Assembly (NCBI GenBank): GCA_043719295.1
Contig: JAYSUD010000006.1
Coordinates: 17,318 to 81,317 of the forward strand
Direction: 5' to 3'
Length of the DNA: 64,000 nt
Origin: a bacterium
GTDB lineage: Bacteria > Patescibacteriota > Minisyncoccia > Phycocordibacterales > UBA918
Position 1 is the first letter of the stretch. Each line of letters opens with the position of its first letter. This document shows positions 28,286-37,189 of the stretch, piece by piece. The notes under the pieces were generated by a model that saw only the letters and a list, made by a program, of their open reading frames with translations, ran no database searches and was not told the origin of the DNA. Both the position numbers and the translations under genes were made by a program.

Positions 28286-29512
28286 TTAAATTGCATCGGC
28301 AATTGAGTAGATTGGGGCAATCATTGCAAGCGCAAAGAAGCCAACAGTACCTCCGATAACAACCATCAAAAGTGGTTCAATAATAGTTGAAAGATCTTTG
28401 GTCTTGTGCTCAACTTCAGTTTCATAGAAAACTGCAAGTTCTTTAAGCATGTTTGAGATTTGTCCCGTCTCTTCTCCCACGGCAATCATCTCTCCAACAA
28501 GAATCGGATACAGGTCTCTACGCTCAATAAAGGTTTCAGAGAGTGGTGTTCCCTTTTCGACTCTTCGTCCCGCTTCAGCAATAATTTTTTTGTAGTAATA
28601 GTTTTGGACAACATCTTCCGTAATAGCAAGCGAACGAAGTACATCAACGCCTGATGATAACAACGACGACAGTGTACGAGCCATTGATGCTGCATTTGCT
28701 TCCTTTGCAATCTTTCCAATAATTGGCAAGCGCACCACAAGCCAAGAAGTAACTCTTTTTCCAATTTTGGTATGAAGTGCATATATGAACCCAAAAATGA
28801 AACCAAACATCGAGCTAAGTGCTACAACAGTATGTTCAGTCATAAATTCACTTGCGGCGATAAGTGCCTTGGTTGTGGCAGGTAACTCTGAACCAAGACT
28901 TTTAAAGGTTCCTGTAATAGACGGCATCACGTAGATCATCATTAAAATTCCAATACCGAACATAATAACAATGACGATAGTGGGGTAGATCATGGCGCCC
29001 TTGATTTTCTTTTTAAGTGACGATGCACGCTCCATCTGAACACTCAATATTTGTAAAGTATCAGAAAGCGAACCACTCTCTTCACCGGCACGCACCATTG
29101 CCACATACAAATCGTTAAAAGTTTTTGGAAACTCTGCAAGGGCTTCATTAAATTGATCACCTTTGGTGATACGTGCTTGAATCTGCTTTAAAATACCTCT
29201 TAAGCGAGGATTTGTACTTTGCCGTTCAATAACAGAAAGTGCGCGTGACAACGGGAGTCCTGCAATAAGCATTGAACCCAAGTTACGAGTAACCATCACA
29301 AGTTCGTCTTGTTTAACCCGACTGAGATAATAGTTAACTTTTTCAATATCAAAGTAGCGTTGTATAGAGAAACCCTTTCCTTCATCAATTGAGGAAACGG
29401 TATGCCCTTCTTTCCGTGCAATCTCATACACTGCAAAACGATCAGTTGCTTCAACCGTCTTAGTTATTTTCAAACCGTCTGTGGTTTCACCTTGGTATGT
29501 AAATTTTCCCAT
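28286..29512 (-). CDS. pilC: Type IV pilus assembly platform protein PilC (GspF family).
   Basis: It has two T2SS-F repeats and transmembrane helices, and sits immediately downstream of the PilB ATPase. Confidence 0.8.
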   Translation of the reverse strand: MGKFTYQGETTDGLKITKTVEATDRFAVYEIARKEGHTVSSIDEGKGFSIQRYFDIEKVNYYLSRVKQDELVMVTRNLGSMLIAGLPLSRALSVIERQSTNPRLRGILKQIQARITKGDQFNEALAEFPKTFNDLYVAMVRAGEESGSLSDTLQILSVQMERASSLKKKIKGAMIYPTIVIVIMFGIGILMMIYVMPSITGTFKSLGSELPATTKALIAASEFMTEHTVVALSSMFGFIFGFIYALHTKIGKRVTSWLVVRLPIIGKIAKEANAASMARTLSSLLSSGVDVLRSLAITEDVVQNYYYKKIIAEAGRRVEKGTPLSETFIERRDLYPILVGEMIAVGEETGQISNMLKELAVFYETEVEHKTKDLSTIIEPLLMVVIGGTVGFFALAMIAPIYSIADAI

Positions 29513-29520
29513 TGATTTTA

Positions 29521-31275
29521 CTATTCGTTAATAACACGCAACACTTCTTCAATACTCGTGAGTCCTCGTGACGCTTTATAAATTCCATCTTCAAGCATCG
29601 TAAGCATCCCTTCTTTTTTGGCTTGCGTTTCAATATCGTCTGCAGTAGCGTTCGCCATAACCATATCTTTAAGTGTTGGAGTCATCGGCAACACTTCATG
29701 AATGCCCGCGCGGCCCTTGTATCCATCATCTTGAGCAGTTGTCCCAGCAACAGGTCGATAAAATGGAATTGAATTCCACGAAGTTCCCGCTTTCACAATT
29801 CCTTCTTCAACCATTGTTGCTAAAATTTTATCGAGGTCAGCATGTTTACCAAGCTCTGTTTTTTCAGTTGCACTTAACGTATATGCTTCTTTTGTTTCAG
29901 TAAGTTTCCGCACCAAACGTTGCCCAACTGCTACACGCAATGTTGAAACCAAGAGAAATGATTCAACTCCCATATCCATCAATCGCGCTACCGTACCTGA
30001 AGAAGAGTTCGTGTGGACCGTTGCAAGCACCATGTGCCCGGTAAGGGCTGCATTAATTGCCAAGTTTGCTGTTTCTTGATCACGAATCTCTCCAATCATG
30101 ATGATATCGGGGTCTTGTCGCATTAACGATCGCAAGCCAGAGGCAAACGTGAAACCTATTTCAGGCTTGACCTGTGTCTGATTGATACGAGGCATCTGAT
30201 ATTCAATTGGGTCTTCAATAGTTGAGATATTTACCTCTGGCGTATTAAGAAGGTCCAAGACTGTATAGAGCGTTGTAGTTTTTCCACTCCCTGTTGGACC
30301 GGTAACCAAAATAATACCGGTTGTTTGCTTCATGGCATTATGCAAACGCTCAAGCGTAGTCCCGTGGAATCCTGCACCTTCAAGGGTAAAACCGGAGCGA
30401 TTTTCTCGGAGTAACCGCATTACTACCTTTTCACCAAAGAAAATAGGGAGCATTGAAACTCTAAATGAAACTTTTTGTCCGTCCATCTCCATTTTAAATC
30501 TTCCATCTTGAGGAAGTCGCTTTTGATCAAGCTTTAAATTTGAAAGCACTTTAAGTCGCGCAACAATAGTTGATGACGCATGTTTTGGAAGCGTCATGGT
30601 ATCGTGCAAAATACCGTCAATACGATAGCGAACCAAAACTTCGTTCTCCATTGGTTCAATATGAATATCAGAAGCACCTTGAATAATTGCATGACGTAAC
30701 AACGTGTCTACAATGCGTACTACCGGCAGGTCTTCTGCCATTTTTTTTAAGTCAGCTTCAGTAGCTTCTTCACCGGATTCAGTTTGAATAACCTTTAACG
30801 CTGAGGTCTCCTTCATGATGATGTCGCCGAACTCATCTTTAAGTGTCTTTTGGTACTGTCGCAATGCTTCACGCATTGATTCGCTGTCAGTAAGGCGAGG
30901 AAAGATCTTAAGTCCAACTTTTTTCTTAATGAAGTCAATTGCCGGTAAGTCAGCAGTATCAAGCATTGCAACTTCAAGAGAATCAGCATTCTTCTTATAC
31001 GCGATAATGTTGTGGTTACGCGCTACTGGTTCAGGAATGATTGAAAGTATTTCAAAATCTACTTTAATACCTTTAAGTGACACAAAGGGAATTCCGAGCA
31101 CATATGACTCTACGCGTCGCATGTCGTCTTCAGTCATATGTCCTCCTGCAATCAAAGCTTCTGCAAGGGTTCTTTTTTCTTCTTTGGCAACTTTTTCTGA
31201 CGCAACCAAATCAGCTTTCGGAACTAATCCCGAATCAATTACAAACCGTTTCAATTGTTCATCTTGTATACGCAT
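29521..31275 (-). CDS. pilB: Type IV pilus assembly ATPase PilB (GspE family).
   Basis: Walker A LVTGPTGSGKTTTLY; His-box and Asp-box present; N-terminal GSPII-like domain. Confidence 0.88.
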   Translation of the reverse strand: MRIQDEQLKRFVIDSGLVPKADLVASEKVAKEEKRTLAEALIAGGHMTEDDMRRVESYVLGIPFVSLKGIKVDFEILSIIPEPVARNHNIIAYKKNADSLEVAMLDTADLPAIDFIKKKVGLKIFPRLTDSESMREALRQYQKTLKDEFGDIIMKETSALKVIQTESGEEATEADLKKMAEDLPVVRIVDTLLRHAIIQGASDIHIEPMENEVLVRYRIDGILHDTMTLPKHASSTIVARLKVLSNLKLDQKRLPQDGRFKMEMDGQKVSFRVSMLPIFFGEKVVMRLLRENRSGFTLEGAGFHGTTLERLHNAMKQTTGIILVTGPTGSGKTTTLYTVLDLLNTPEVNISTIEDPIEYQMPRINQTQVKPEIGFTFASGLRSLMRQDPDIIMIGEIRDQETANLAINAALTGHMVLATVHTNSSSGTVARLMDMGVESFLLVSTLRVAVGQRLVRKLTETKEAYTLSATEKTELGKHADLDKILATMVEEGIVKAGTSWNSIPFYRPVAGTTAQDDGYKGRAGIHEVLPMTPTLKDMVMANATADDIETQAKKEGMLTMLEDGIYKASRGLTSIEEVLRVINE

Positions 31276-31464
31276 ACCAAAAAAGAACTCTTATAGTACG
31301 CAACAAACTTCAATCATTTGCATACGTACTACCTTATAAAAAACATCCCTGTTCTTAAGCATAAGTATACAGCATGAAACTTTTTTCTTACCCTCACACA
31401 TGTTTAAAAACAACATGAGATACATGTCTCACTTAGAAATATAAATCTTTACAAATAACACATC

Positions 31465-31745
31465 TAGAGGTACAGTAGATGAACTTACTGATATGCGCGA
31501 CTCGGATACGAGCCGCGCATAACTTTTAAGAAAATAAGAAGACTGAGGCTATAACAGAGGTGAAAAAGTGCTACAGCACTTTTTCAAGACCTTGCCTAGC
31601 ATTTTCGAAGAAAATAGTGGCAAGGTGTACCTCTACATATTAAAAGAAATAGACGTAGCATTAGAAACTGAATTGACGTAATTCTAAAATTGCATTAGGA
31701 ATAGCAATTTTAGAAAGCCTCGTTCTTTCTAAATTGCTACGCTCA
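31465..31745 (+). promoter_or_regulatory. Highly structured region upstream of nusA. A 9-bp enclosing stem (TAGAGGTAC/GTACCTCTA) surrounds three hairpins. Two mutually exclusive leader hairpins lie downstream at 31684-31712 and 31702-31740.
   Basis: H1 ATGCGCGACTCG-gata-CGAGCCGCGCAT; H2 GAAAAAGTGCT-aca-AGCACTTTTTC; H3 CCTTGCC...ATTTTC-gaa-GAAAAT...GGCAAGG; leader hairpins CTAAAATTGC...GCAATTTTAG versus TAGCAATTTTAGAAAG-cctcgtt-CTTTCTAAATTGCTAC. Confidence 0.5.
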
Positions 31746-31759
31746 TAAGAAAAACGGGC

Positions 31760-33148
31760 ATGTTAGACCTAAAAGTAATTCACTCAGTATTAGCTGAGAT
31801 GGAAGAGGAGCGAGGAATTTCTCGCGAAAAGATGATGGACGCCATTGAACAGGCATTAGCTACTGCATACAAAAAAGAATACGGAAAACGAGGACAAATT
31901 GTCCGCGCTAATTTTGATATTGAATCAGGTGCAACTCTTTTTAATCAGATTAAAATTGTAGTTGACGAATCAATGCTTAAAAGTGACGAAGATCAAGATG
32001 ATGAAGCTGACCGCAATGATAAAGATGACAATTCTGGTATTACTGATCTTACAAAAAAAGTTCGTTTTGATCCTGAAAAGCACATCATGCTTGATACCGC
32101 AAAGATGATCAAAAAAGAGGTGTCGCTTGGAGAAGAACTTGTATTCCCACTTGAAAGTAAAGACGACTTTGGAAGAATTGCTGCACAAACAGCAAAGCAA
32201 GTGATTATCCAAAAGATTCGTGAGGCAGAGAAAGAATCAGCAATGACTGAGTTCGGACAAAAAGAAGGCGACATTATTATGGGACACGTACAGCGGTTTG
32301 AACGAGGGAACCTCTATGTTGACCTTGGACGTGTAACGGGTGTTATGCCGTACGACGAACAAATCCCTGGAGAGCGATTTAAACCAGGAGAACGCATTCG
32401 TGCACTATTGCTTACCGTTGATGAAACACCACGGGGTATTTTCCTTAAACTCTCACGAGCACATGCAAACTTCCTCGCAAGTTTGTTTACTATCGAAACT
32501 CCAGAGCTACAAAACGGTGCAGTAGAAATTAAATCAATTGCGCGAGAAGCGGGGGCACGAAGTAAAATTGCAGTATTTGCCCATGATCAGCACATTGATC
32601 CTGTTGGATCACTTGTAGGACAACGTGGTGTTCGCGTTTCAACCGTAATGTCGGAACTTGGAGGTGAGAAAATTGACATCATTGAATGGAGTGAGGACCC
32701 CGTAACGTTTATCGAAGATGCACTGTCTCCAGCACAAGTGTTAAAGGTAACTATTCAAACTGAACCAAATGAAGAAAATCCAAGCGATAACCGAGGTCAT
32801 GCAACCGTTGAAGTGGCAAACGACCAACAATCACTTGCAATTGGACGAGGAGGACAAAATGTTCGCCTTGCTGCCAAGTTAACTGGCTGGAAAATCGATA
32901 TTGTCTCCGTTGGAGGACCAAAAGAAGAAGAAACTATTGCGTCAATAGAGGCTAAAGCAGATGAGGACGTACTTGAACGAGAAGATGCAACCACCACAAA
33001 GCCAGAACTTCCTACCTCAGATGATACAGAGACTACTGATCGAGATGCGCTTGATCTAGGAGAGACCAGTGAAACTGATACACCTGAAGAGGCAGAGGGT
33101 GGAGTTGTAGAAGACAAGAAAGATGGAAGCGCAGATGTGACAGCATAA
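31760..33148 (+). CDS. nusA: Transcription termination/antitermination factor NusA, with an acidic C-terminal extension.
   Basis: N-terminal domain, S1 domain (GDIIMGHVQRFERGNLYVDLG) and KH domains. No rimP upstream and no infB downstream. Confidence 0.88.
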   Translation: MLDLKVIHSVLAEMEEERGISREKMMDAIEQALATAYKKEYGKRGQIVRANFDIESGATLFNQIKIVVDESMLKSDEDQDDEADRNDKDDNSGITDLTKKVRFDPEKHIMLDTAKMIKKEVSLGEELVFPLESKDDFGRIAAQTAKQVIIQKIREAEKESAMTEFGQKEGDIIMGHVQRFERGNLYVDLGRVTGVMPYDEQIPGERFKPGERIRALLLTVDETPRGIFLKLSRAHANFLASLFTIETPELQNGAVEIKSIAREAGARSKIAVFAHDQHIDPVGSLVGQRGVRVSTVMSELGGEKIDIIEWSEDPVTFIEDALSPAQVLKVTIQTEPNEENPSDNRGHATVEVANDQQSLAIGRGGQNVRLAAKLTGWKIDIVSVGGPKEEETIASIEAKADEDVLEREDATTTKPELPTSDDTETTDRDALDLGETSETDTPEEAEGGVVEDKKDGSADVTA

Positions 33149-33167
33149 AAGAGTCTTTTGCAGACAA

Positions 33168-33205
33168 TAAAAATGGACGGTCACAAAGTGACCGTCCATT
33201 TTTAT
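33168..33205 (+). terminator. nusA terminator, AAAAATGGACGGTCAC-aaa-GTGACCGTCCATTTTT with a 16-bp perfect stem.
   Basis: A perfect hairpin plus T-run 20 bp after the stop. Confidence 0.85.
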
Positions 33206-33217
33206 ATGTTTACCATA

Positions 33218-33250
33218 ACAAAAGGCGCAACCGAAATTGCGCCCATTTTG
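33218..33250 (-). terminator. Terminator for the 33280..33738 gene, GGCGCAA-tttcgg-TTGCGCC plus U-run on the minus strand.
   Basis: A 7-bp stem with a T-run on the minus strand. Confidence 0.6.
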
Positions 33251-33279
33251 CGAAAAACACATCTGTCGTATTCTTCGCT

Positions 33280-33738
33280 TCATTCCACAAGGTCAGGGAA
33301 CTCTTCCTGCAATGTTTTCCACATTGCCTCTTCGAGTTCATTTTTCCTTTGGTAGTACCGCCTCCAGTGTTCATTCTCCCCTTTAGAACGAATCCAGAAT
33401 GCCTTAATCTGATCTTGAAAATTGGCTTGTACGAGGCACAAGAGCGGGCGCAACTGCTTATGAGCCTGATTGATACGGTTCAGTGAACATGTCTTGGAAA
33501 TACCAAAAAGTCTACCAATCCGCTCATGCGTAAAGTCTTCCCCATGGCGTGCACGAAGCATTGCGGGAAAGGGATTTTTCAGTTCCGCAACTGCAACATC
33601 GATAATCCTTTGTTGGTCATCAGTGACCACAATGCTCGCCAGAATTGCTTCATGCGAGTGACGGTTTTCGTAGCTGTAACCATCAAACCTAAAAACTCCG
33701 ATGACCAATTTTTTGTAAAATGTTGTTGTGTCGGGCAT
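33280..33738 (-). CDS. Small DNA-binding protein with a sigma-70 region-4-like HTH.
   Basis: HERIGRLFGISKTCSLNRINQAHKQLR resembles a region-4 HTH. It is divergent from fic. Confidence 0.5.
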   Translation of the reverse strand: MPDTTTFYKKLVIGVFRFDGYSYENRHSHEAILASIVVTDDQQRIIDVAVAELKNPFPAMLRARHGEDFTHERIGRLFGISKTCSLNRINQAHKQLRPLLCLVQANFQDQIKAFWIRSKGENEHWRRYYQRKNELEEAMWKTLQEEFPDLVE

Positions 33739-33863
33739 TTCTCTCTCCAGAGCTTTTATGCAAGCGCATCGCGTGCATTTCTACCTAAAACTATAACAAA
33801 AAAAAACGAAATGTCAAGGCCACAAATTAGTCACAATTAAAGCTCTTTTACTGGGACAATACT

Positions 33864-33933
33864 TATTCATGCCAAAACTGTGTATTATTCGTGCCAATTT
33901 GGCATGAATAATGGTATACTTTGGCACGAATAA
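33864..33933. promoter_or_regulatory. Operator-like array of four TTATTC(A/G)TGCCAA half-sites arranged as direct, direct, inverted, inverted. It overlaps the fic promoter and start codon and contains an extended -10, TGGTATACT.
   Basis: Half-sites at 33864-33876, 33885-33897, 33899-33911 (inverted) and 33921-33933 (inverted). The central 27 bp form a near-perfect palindrome. Confidence 0.55.
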
Positions 33934-33940
33934 TTACTAT

Positions 33941-34984
33941 ATGTTTACAATTACACCTAGACAACAACTCATCATTGAACAAATAAAACTAAGGTCTGCA
34001 ATTTCTTTTTCTGAGTTATTTACAATAATTGGAGCAGGCACCAGTGAACGTACCCTCAAACGTGATTTAGCCGAACTAGTAGAAGCTAAAGTTTTAACAA
34101 CAGATGGCGGAGGACGTTCTCTTGTGTATCGTCTTCCGCTCATAGGGCGTATATTTTTACCAATTGATGCTGCTAGCTACAGTGCCGAAGAACCTGACCG
34201 ACGCAGTGGTGCCCTAACCTCTTATCAATTTGATGTGTGGAACAATTGGCCAGCGACTTTATTTTCAAAAAATGAACTATCTCATCTTTGGAATAATACT
34301 GATATCTATCAAACTCGGGTAGCCACTCAGTCACCCGACATTAAAGCGAAAGAACTCGAACGATTTGTAATTGAACTGTCATGGAAATCTTCTCGTATTG
34401 AAGGCAACACGTATACCCTTCTTGATACCGAACTACTACTCCGTGAAGGGATTGCTTCTAAAACAAATACGCCTGAAGAAACAACTATGATAGTGAACCA
34501 CAAAATTGCTTTTGATTTTGTATTAGAACAAGCCACAGCAAACACACCTCTGACAAGAGGTTTTATAGAACAGGTACACACTCTCTTAATGACTGACCTA
34601 TTAAAGGATACTGGTCTACGTAAAAATGCCGTTGGTATCACTGGCTCTACATACCGACCGCTTGATAATCAATTCCAAATTGGAGAAGCATTAGATCATT
34701 GTATTGCTCGTGTAAATAAATGTGAGACGGGTTTCGACAAAGCTCTAACCGCCCTTGTTGGCATTAGTTACATTCAACCTTTTGTTGATGGTAATAAACG
34801 GACAGCCCGTCTGGTTACAAATGCCGTATTACTCACGCACAAGCTAGCACCATTATCGTACCGTAACGTTGATGAAGTCCTCTACCGCGCCTCACTTTTG
34901 GCTTTTTATGAACAATTATCTGTACTGCCAATGAAACAAATTTTTATCGAGCAATATGTGTTCGCGAGTGAACATTATTCGTAA
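33941..34984 (+). CDS. fic: Fic/Doc family protein, a putative AMPylase.
   Basis: Fic motif IQPFVDGNKRTARL matches HPFx[DE]GNGR. An alternative ATG lies at 33911. Confidence 0.8.
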   Translation: MFTITPRQQLIIEQIKLRSAISFSELFTIIGAGTSERTLKRDLAELVEAKVLTTDGGGRSLVYRLPLIGRIFLPIDAASYSAEEPDRRSGALTSYQFDVWNNWPATLFSKNELSHLWNNTDIYQTRVATQSPDIKAKELERFVIELSWKSSRIEGNTYTLLDTELLLREGIASKTNTPEETTMIVNHKIAFDFVLEQATANTPLTRGFIEQVHTLLMTDLLKDTGLRKNAVGITGSTYRPLDNQFQIGEALDHCIARVNKCETGFDKALTALVGISYIQPFVDGNKRTARLVTNAVLLTHKLAPLSYRNVDEVLYRASLLAFYEQLSVLPMKQIFIEQYVFASEHYS

Positions 34985-35057
34985 CACCCCTATATGCTTG
35001 CAAGAATAGACCTCCTGTTCTACACTTTTGCCATTACTCAGTAGACACTACCTATAT

Positions 35058-35978
35058 ATGATTAACATTTTTGGACACGTATCACCGGACACTGATGCAA
35101 CAGGGAGCGCTATTATTTGGGCGTGGTACCTCAATACGCATACGGCTGATGAAGCAACTCCGTTTGTACTAGGACCCCTTAATAGCGAAACTGAATTTGT
35201 ACTTAACCATTTTAAAGTCGCAACTCCAGCACTTTTGGAAAAGGTTGGAGAGAGCGATAGCGTAGTTATTGTTGATACCAACAACCCGCAAGAACTTTTT
35301 TCAAATATCAACGAGGCAAACATTGTTGCAATTATTGATCACCACAAACTTGTAGGAGGAATCGAGACTAAAGTTCCAATTGACATCACCGTTCGTCCTT
35401 TAGCCTCTACTGCCTCAGTTATGTACGACCTTCTTGGAGCACATACTGAAAATCTTCCACGAGAAATTGCGGGCGTTATGCTTTCTTGTATTTTGTCTGA
35501 CACGCTTGCATTCCGAAGCCCAACCACCACTCCTCACGATAAAGACATTGCAGAAAAACTTGGAACGTACCTTGGTATTGATATACATGAATACGCAAGC
35601 TTGATGTTTGAAGCAAAGTCAGACATCTCAAGCTTTACTGATGCGGGCTTGGTAAAACTTGATAGTAAGAAGTTTGAAGTAGGAGAGAAGAACTTCCGTG
35701 TATCAGTTATAGAAACAACAAATCCAGAAACAGTACTTGCTCGTAAAGATGGAATCTTAAGCGCCATAGCAGAACTTGTTGCTGAAGAAGCTGATATTGA
35801 TGACGTACTGTTCTTTATTGTCGACATCTTAAAAGAGGAAGCTACCATCTTAACCTACAACGACCTCACCAAAGACATTATTGAGAAATCATTTAAAGTT
35901 ACCGTTACAGGTGATACAGAGATTCTGCCGGGGATTGTCTCAAGAAAAAAACAGATTCTACCAGCACTTACACTCTAG
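35058..35978 (+). CDS. ppaC: Manganese-dependent inorganic pyrophosphatase (family II, DHH).
   Basis: MINIFGHVSPDTDATGSAI...IIDHHK...; DHH and DHHA2 layout. Confidence 0.85.
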   Translation: MINIFGHVSPDTDATGSAIIWAWYLNTHTADEATPFVLGPLNSETEFVLNHFKVATPALLEKVGESDSVVIVDTNNPQELFSNINEANIVAIIDHHKLVGGIETKVPIDITVRPLASTASVMYDLLGAHTENLPREIAGVMLSCILSDTLAFRSPTTTPHDKDIAEKLGTYLGIDIHEYASLMFEAKSDISSFTDAGLVKLDSKKFEVGEKNFRVSVIETTNPETVLARKDGILSAIAELVAEEADIDDVLFFIVDILKEEATILTYNDLTKDIIEKSFKVTVTGDTEILPGIVSRKKQILPALTL

Positions 35979-35996
35979 AAACAACCCTGATGTGAA

Positions 35997-36033
35997 TAAA
36001 CCCCTTGTGGCCTATAGCCTCAAGGGGTTTATA
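35997..36033 (+). terminator. ppaC terminator, AAACCCCTTG-...-CAAGGGGTTT plus TAT.
   Basis: A 10-bp stem 20 bp after the stop. Confidence 0.65.
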
Positions 36034-36060
36034 CTATGTACTACAATAGACATACCTATT

Positions 36061-36666
36061 ATGAAATACACATCACTTCTCTGCTCTCACATAAAAGAAA
36101 CATTGGTTTTATTTTTTGTCTGCACTTTTTTTATAGCTACACTAGCAACTGCACAAACAGAAACCAGTTCATCAACAGCAGTATCCCTAGACAATTCTGA
36201 ACAATTTGTAGATCCAAAACCTGAAGAAGATAGAGAACAAACAAAACTATCGGGAGCAAAGCAAACACGGATTATTAATTTATGTGCGAACATTAGTAAC
36301 CGCTTTGAAGCAACACTCGCTAGACTTGAAAATATTACAAAAAGACTCGAGGCACGAATGCGGATTATGAATACACAAGGCCTTCAAGTTGATGATGCTG
36401 CAATACTGCTTCTTGAAGTTCAAACCACACTCAATACCGCCCGCGTTCAACTTGAAAATATTGATAGTGAGGTTTTTGCTGTTGCGACAGGAGATAACCC
36501 CCAGTCCTCATGGAAACAACTTCGTACGACATTCACAAAAACATACAAAACCATACAGCAAGCTCAAGAACAATTGAAAGAAGTGGTCATTCTCCTTAAA
36601 AATAGCACGGTACCCACAATACAAGAGGTGAACAGTACAACCACAACGGAAGCCAATAGTATATAA
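36061..36666 (+). CDS. Secreted coiled-coil protein, function unknown.
   Basis: Signal peptide MKYTSLLCSHIKETLVLFFVCTFFIATLATAQT. The helical region is rich in L, E, A and R. Confidence 0.55.
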   Translation: MKYTSLLCSHIKETLVLFFVCTFFIATLATAQTETSSSTAVSLDNSEQFVDPKPEEDREQTKLSGAKQTRIINLCANISNRFEATLARLENITKRLEARMRIMNTQGLQVDDAAILLLEVQTTLNTARVQLENIDSEVFAVATGDNPQSSWKQLRTTFTKTYKTIQQAQEQLKEVVILLKNSTVPTIQEVNSTTTTEANSI

Positions 36667-36676
36667 TAAAATTAAT

Positions 36677-37060
36677 ATGGCACTTAAACGAAGTATCAAA
36701 AAAGAAGAATTACAAATGCCCAAAGAGCAGTTTGGTGCACGCAATCACGAAGACGCTCCATCGTATCTTGGGATAGTACTTGGTGTATTGATTGTTATTC
36801 TCATCTGCATCCTCGGAGGACTCTATATGTGGAGCGAAGCACTCAAGAAAAATGAACTCAAACCAATTGTTCCCGAATCAAGCCGACCTACCGCAGAAGA
36901 AAACAACGAACCGGAAAGTACCAACGCTGAAGCGGAAGTAGAAGCACTCAACACACTAAGTCCTTCAAACGAACTTGAGGCAATTGAAGCCGACCTTCAA
37001 AATACACAAATCCCTGAACCAGAAACCGACCTAAACGCTGTAGATGCAACACTCGAGTAA
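36677..37060 (+). CDS. Single-pass membrane protein with an acidic C-terminal tail, function unknown.
   Basis: Transmembrane helix YLGIVLGVLIVILICILGGLYMW, followed by an E- and P-rich tail. Confidence 0.5.
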   Translation: MALKRSIKKEELQMPKEQFGARNHEDAPSYLGIVLGVLIVILICILGGLYMWSEALKKNELKPIVPESSRPTAEENNEPESTNAEAEVEALNTLSPSNELEAIEADLQNTQIPEPETDLNAVDATLE

Positions 37061-37072
37061 AGAGACGTTTCA

Positions 37073-37105
37073 AAAAAAGTGAGGCCAAAGGCCTCACTTT
37101 TTTAA
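37073..37105 (+). terminator. Rho-independent terminator, AAAAAAGTGAGGCC-aaa-GGCCTCACTTTTTT.
   Basis: A perfect 13-bp stem plus T6. Confidence 0.85.
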
Positions 37106-37189
37106 TGAGGAGGTCCTAAGGAGGATGTTTGCAATTTCTAGTATTTTACGTACACTAACCACCTATTATCAAGCGTAAAAAATGTTTCT

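Noticed and set aside
32797-33117. ORF 32797..33117(-) inside nusA.
   Set aside because: It is antisense to the acidic C-terminal tail of nusA and translates to a poly-Ser/Val low-complexity string.
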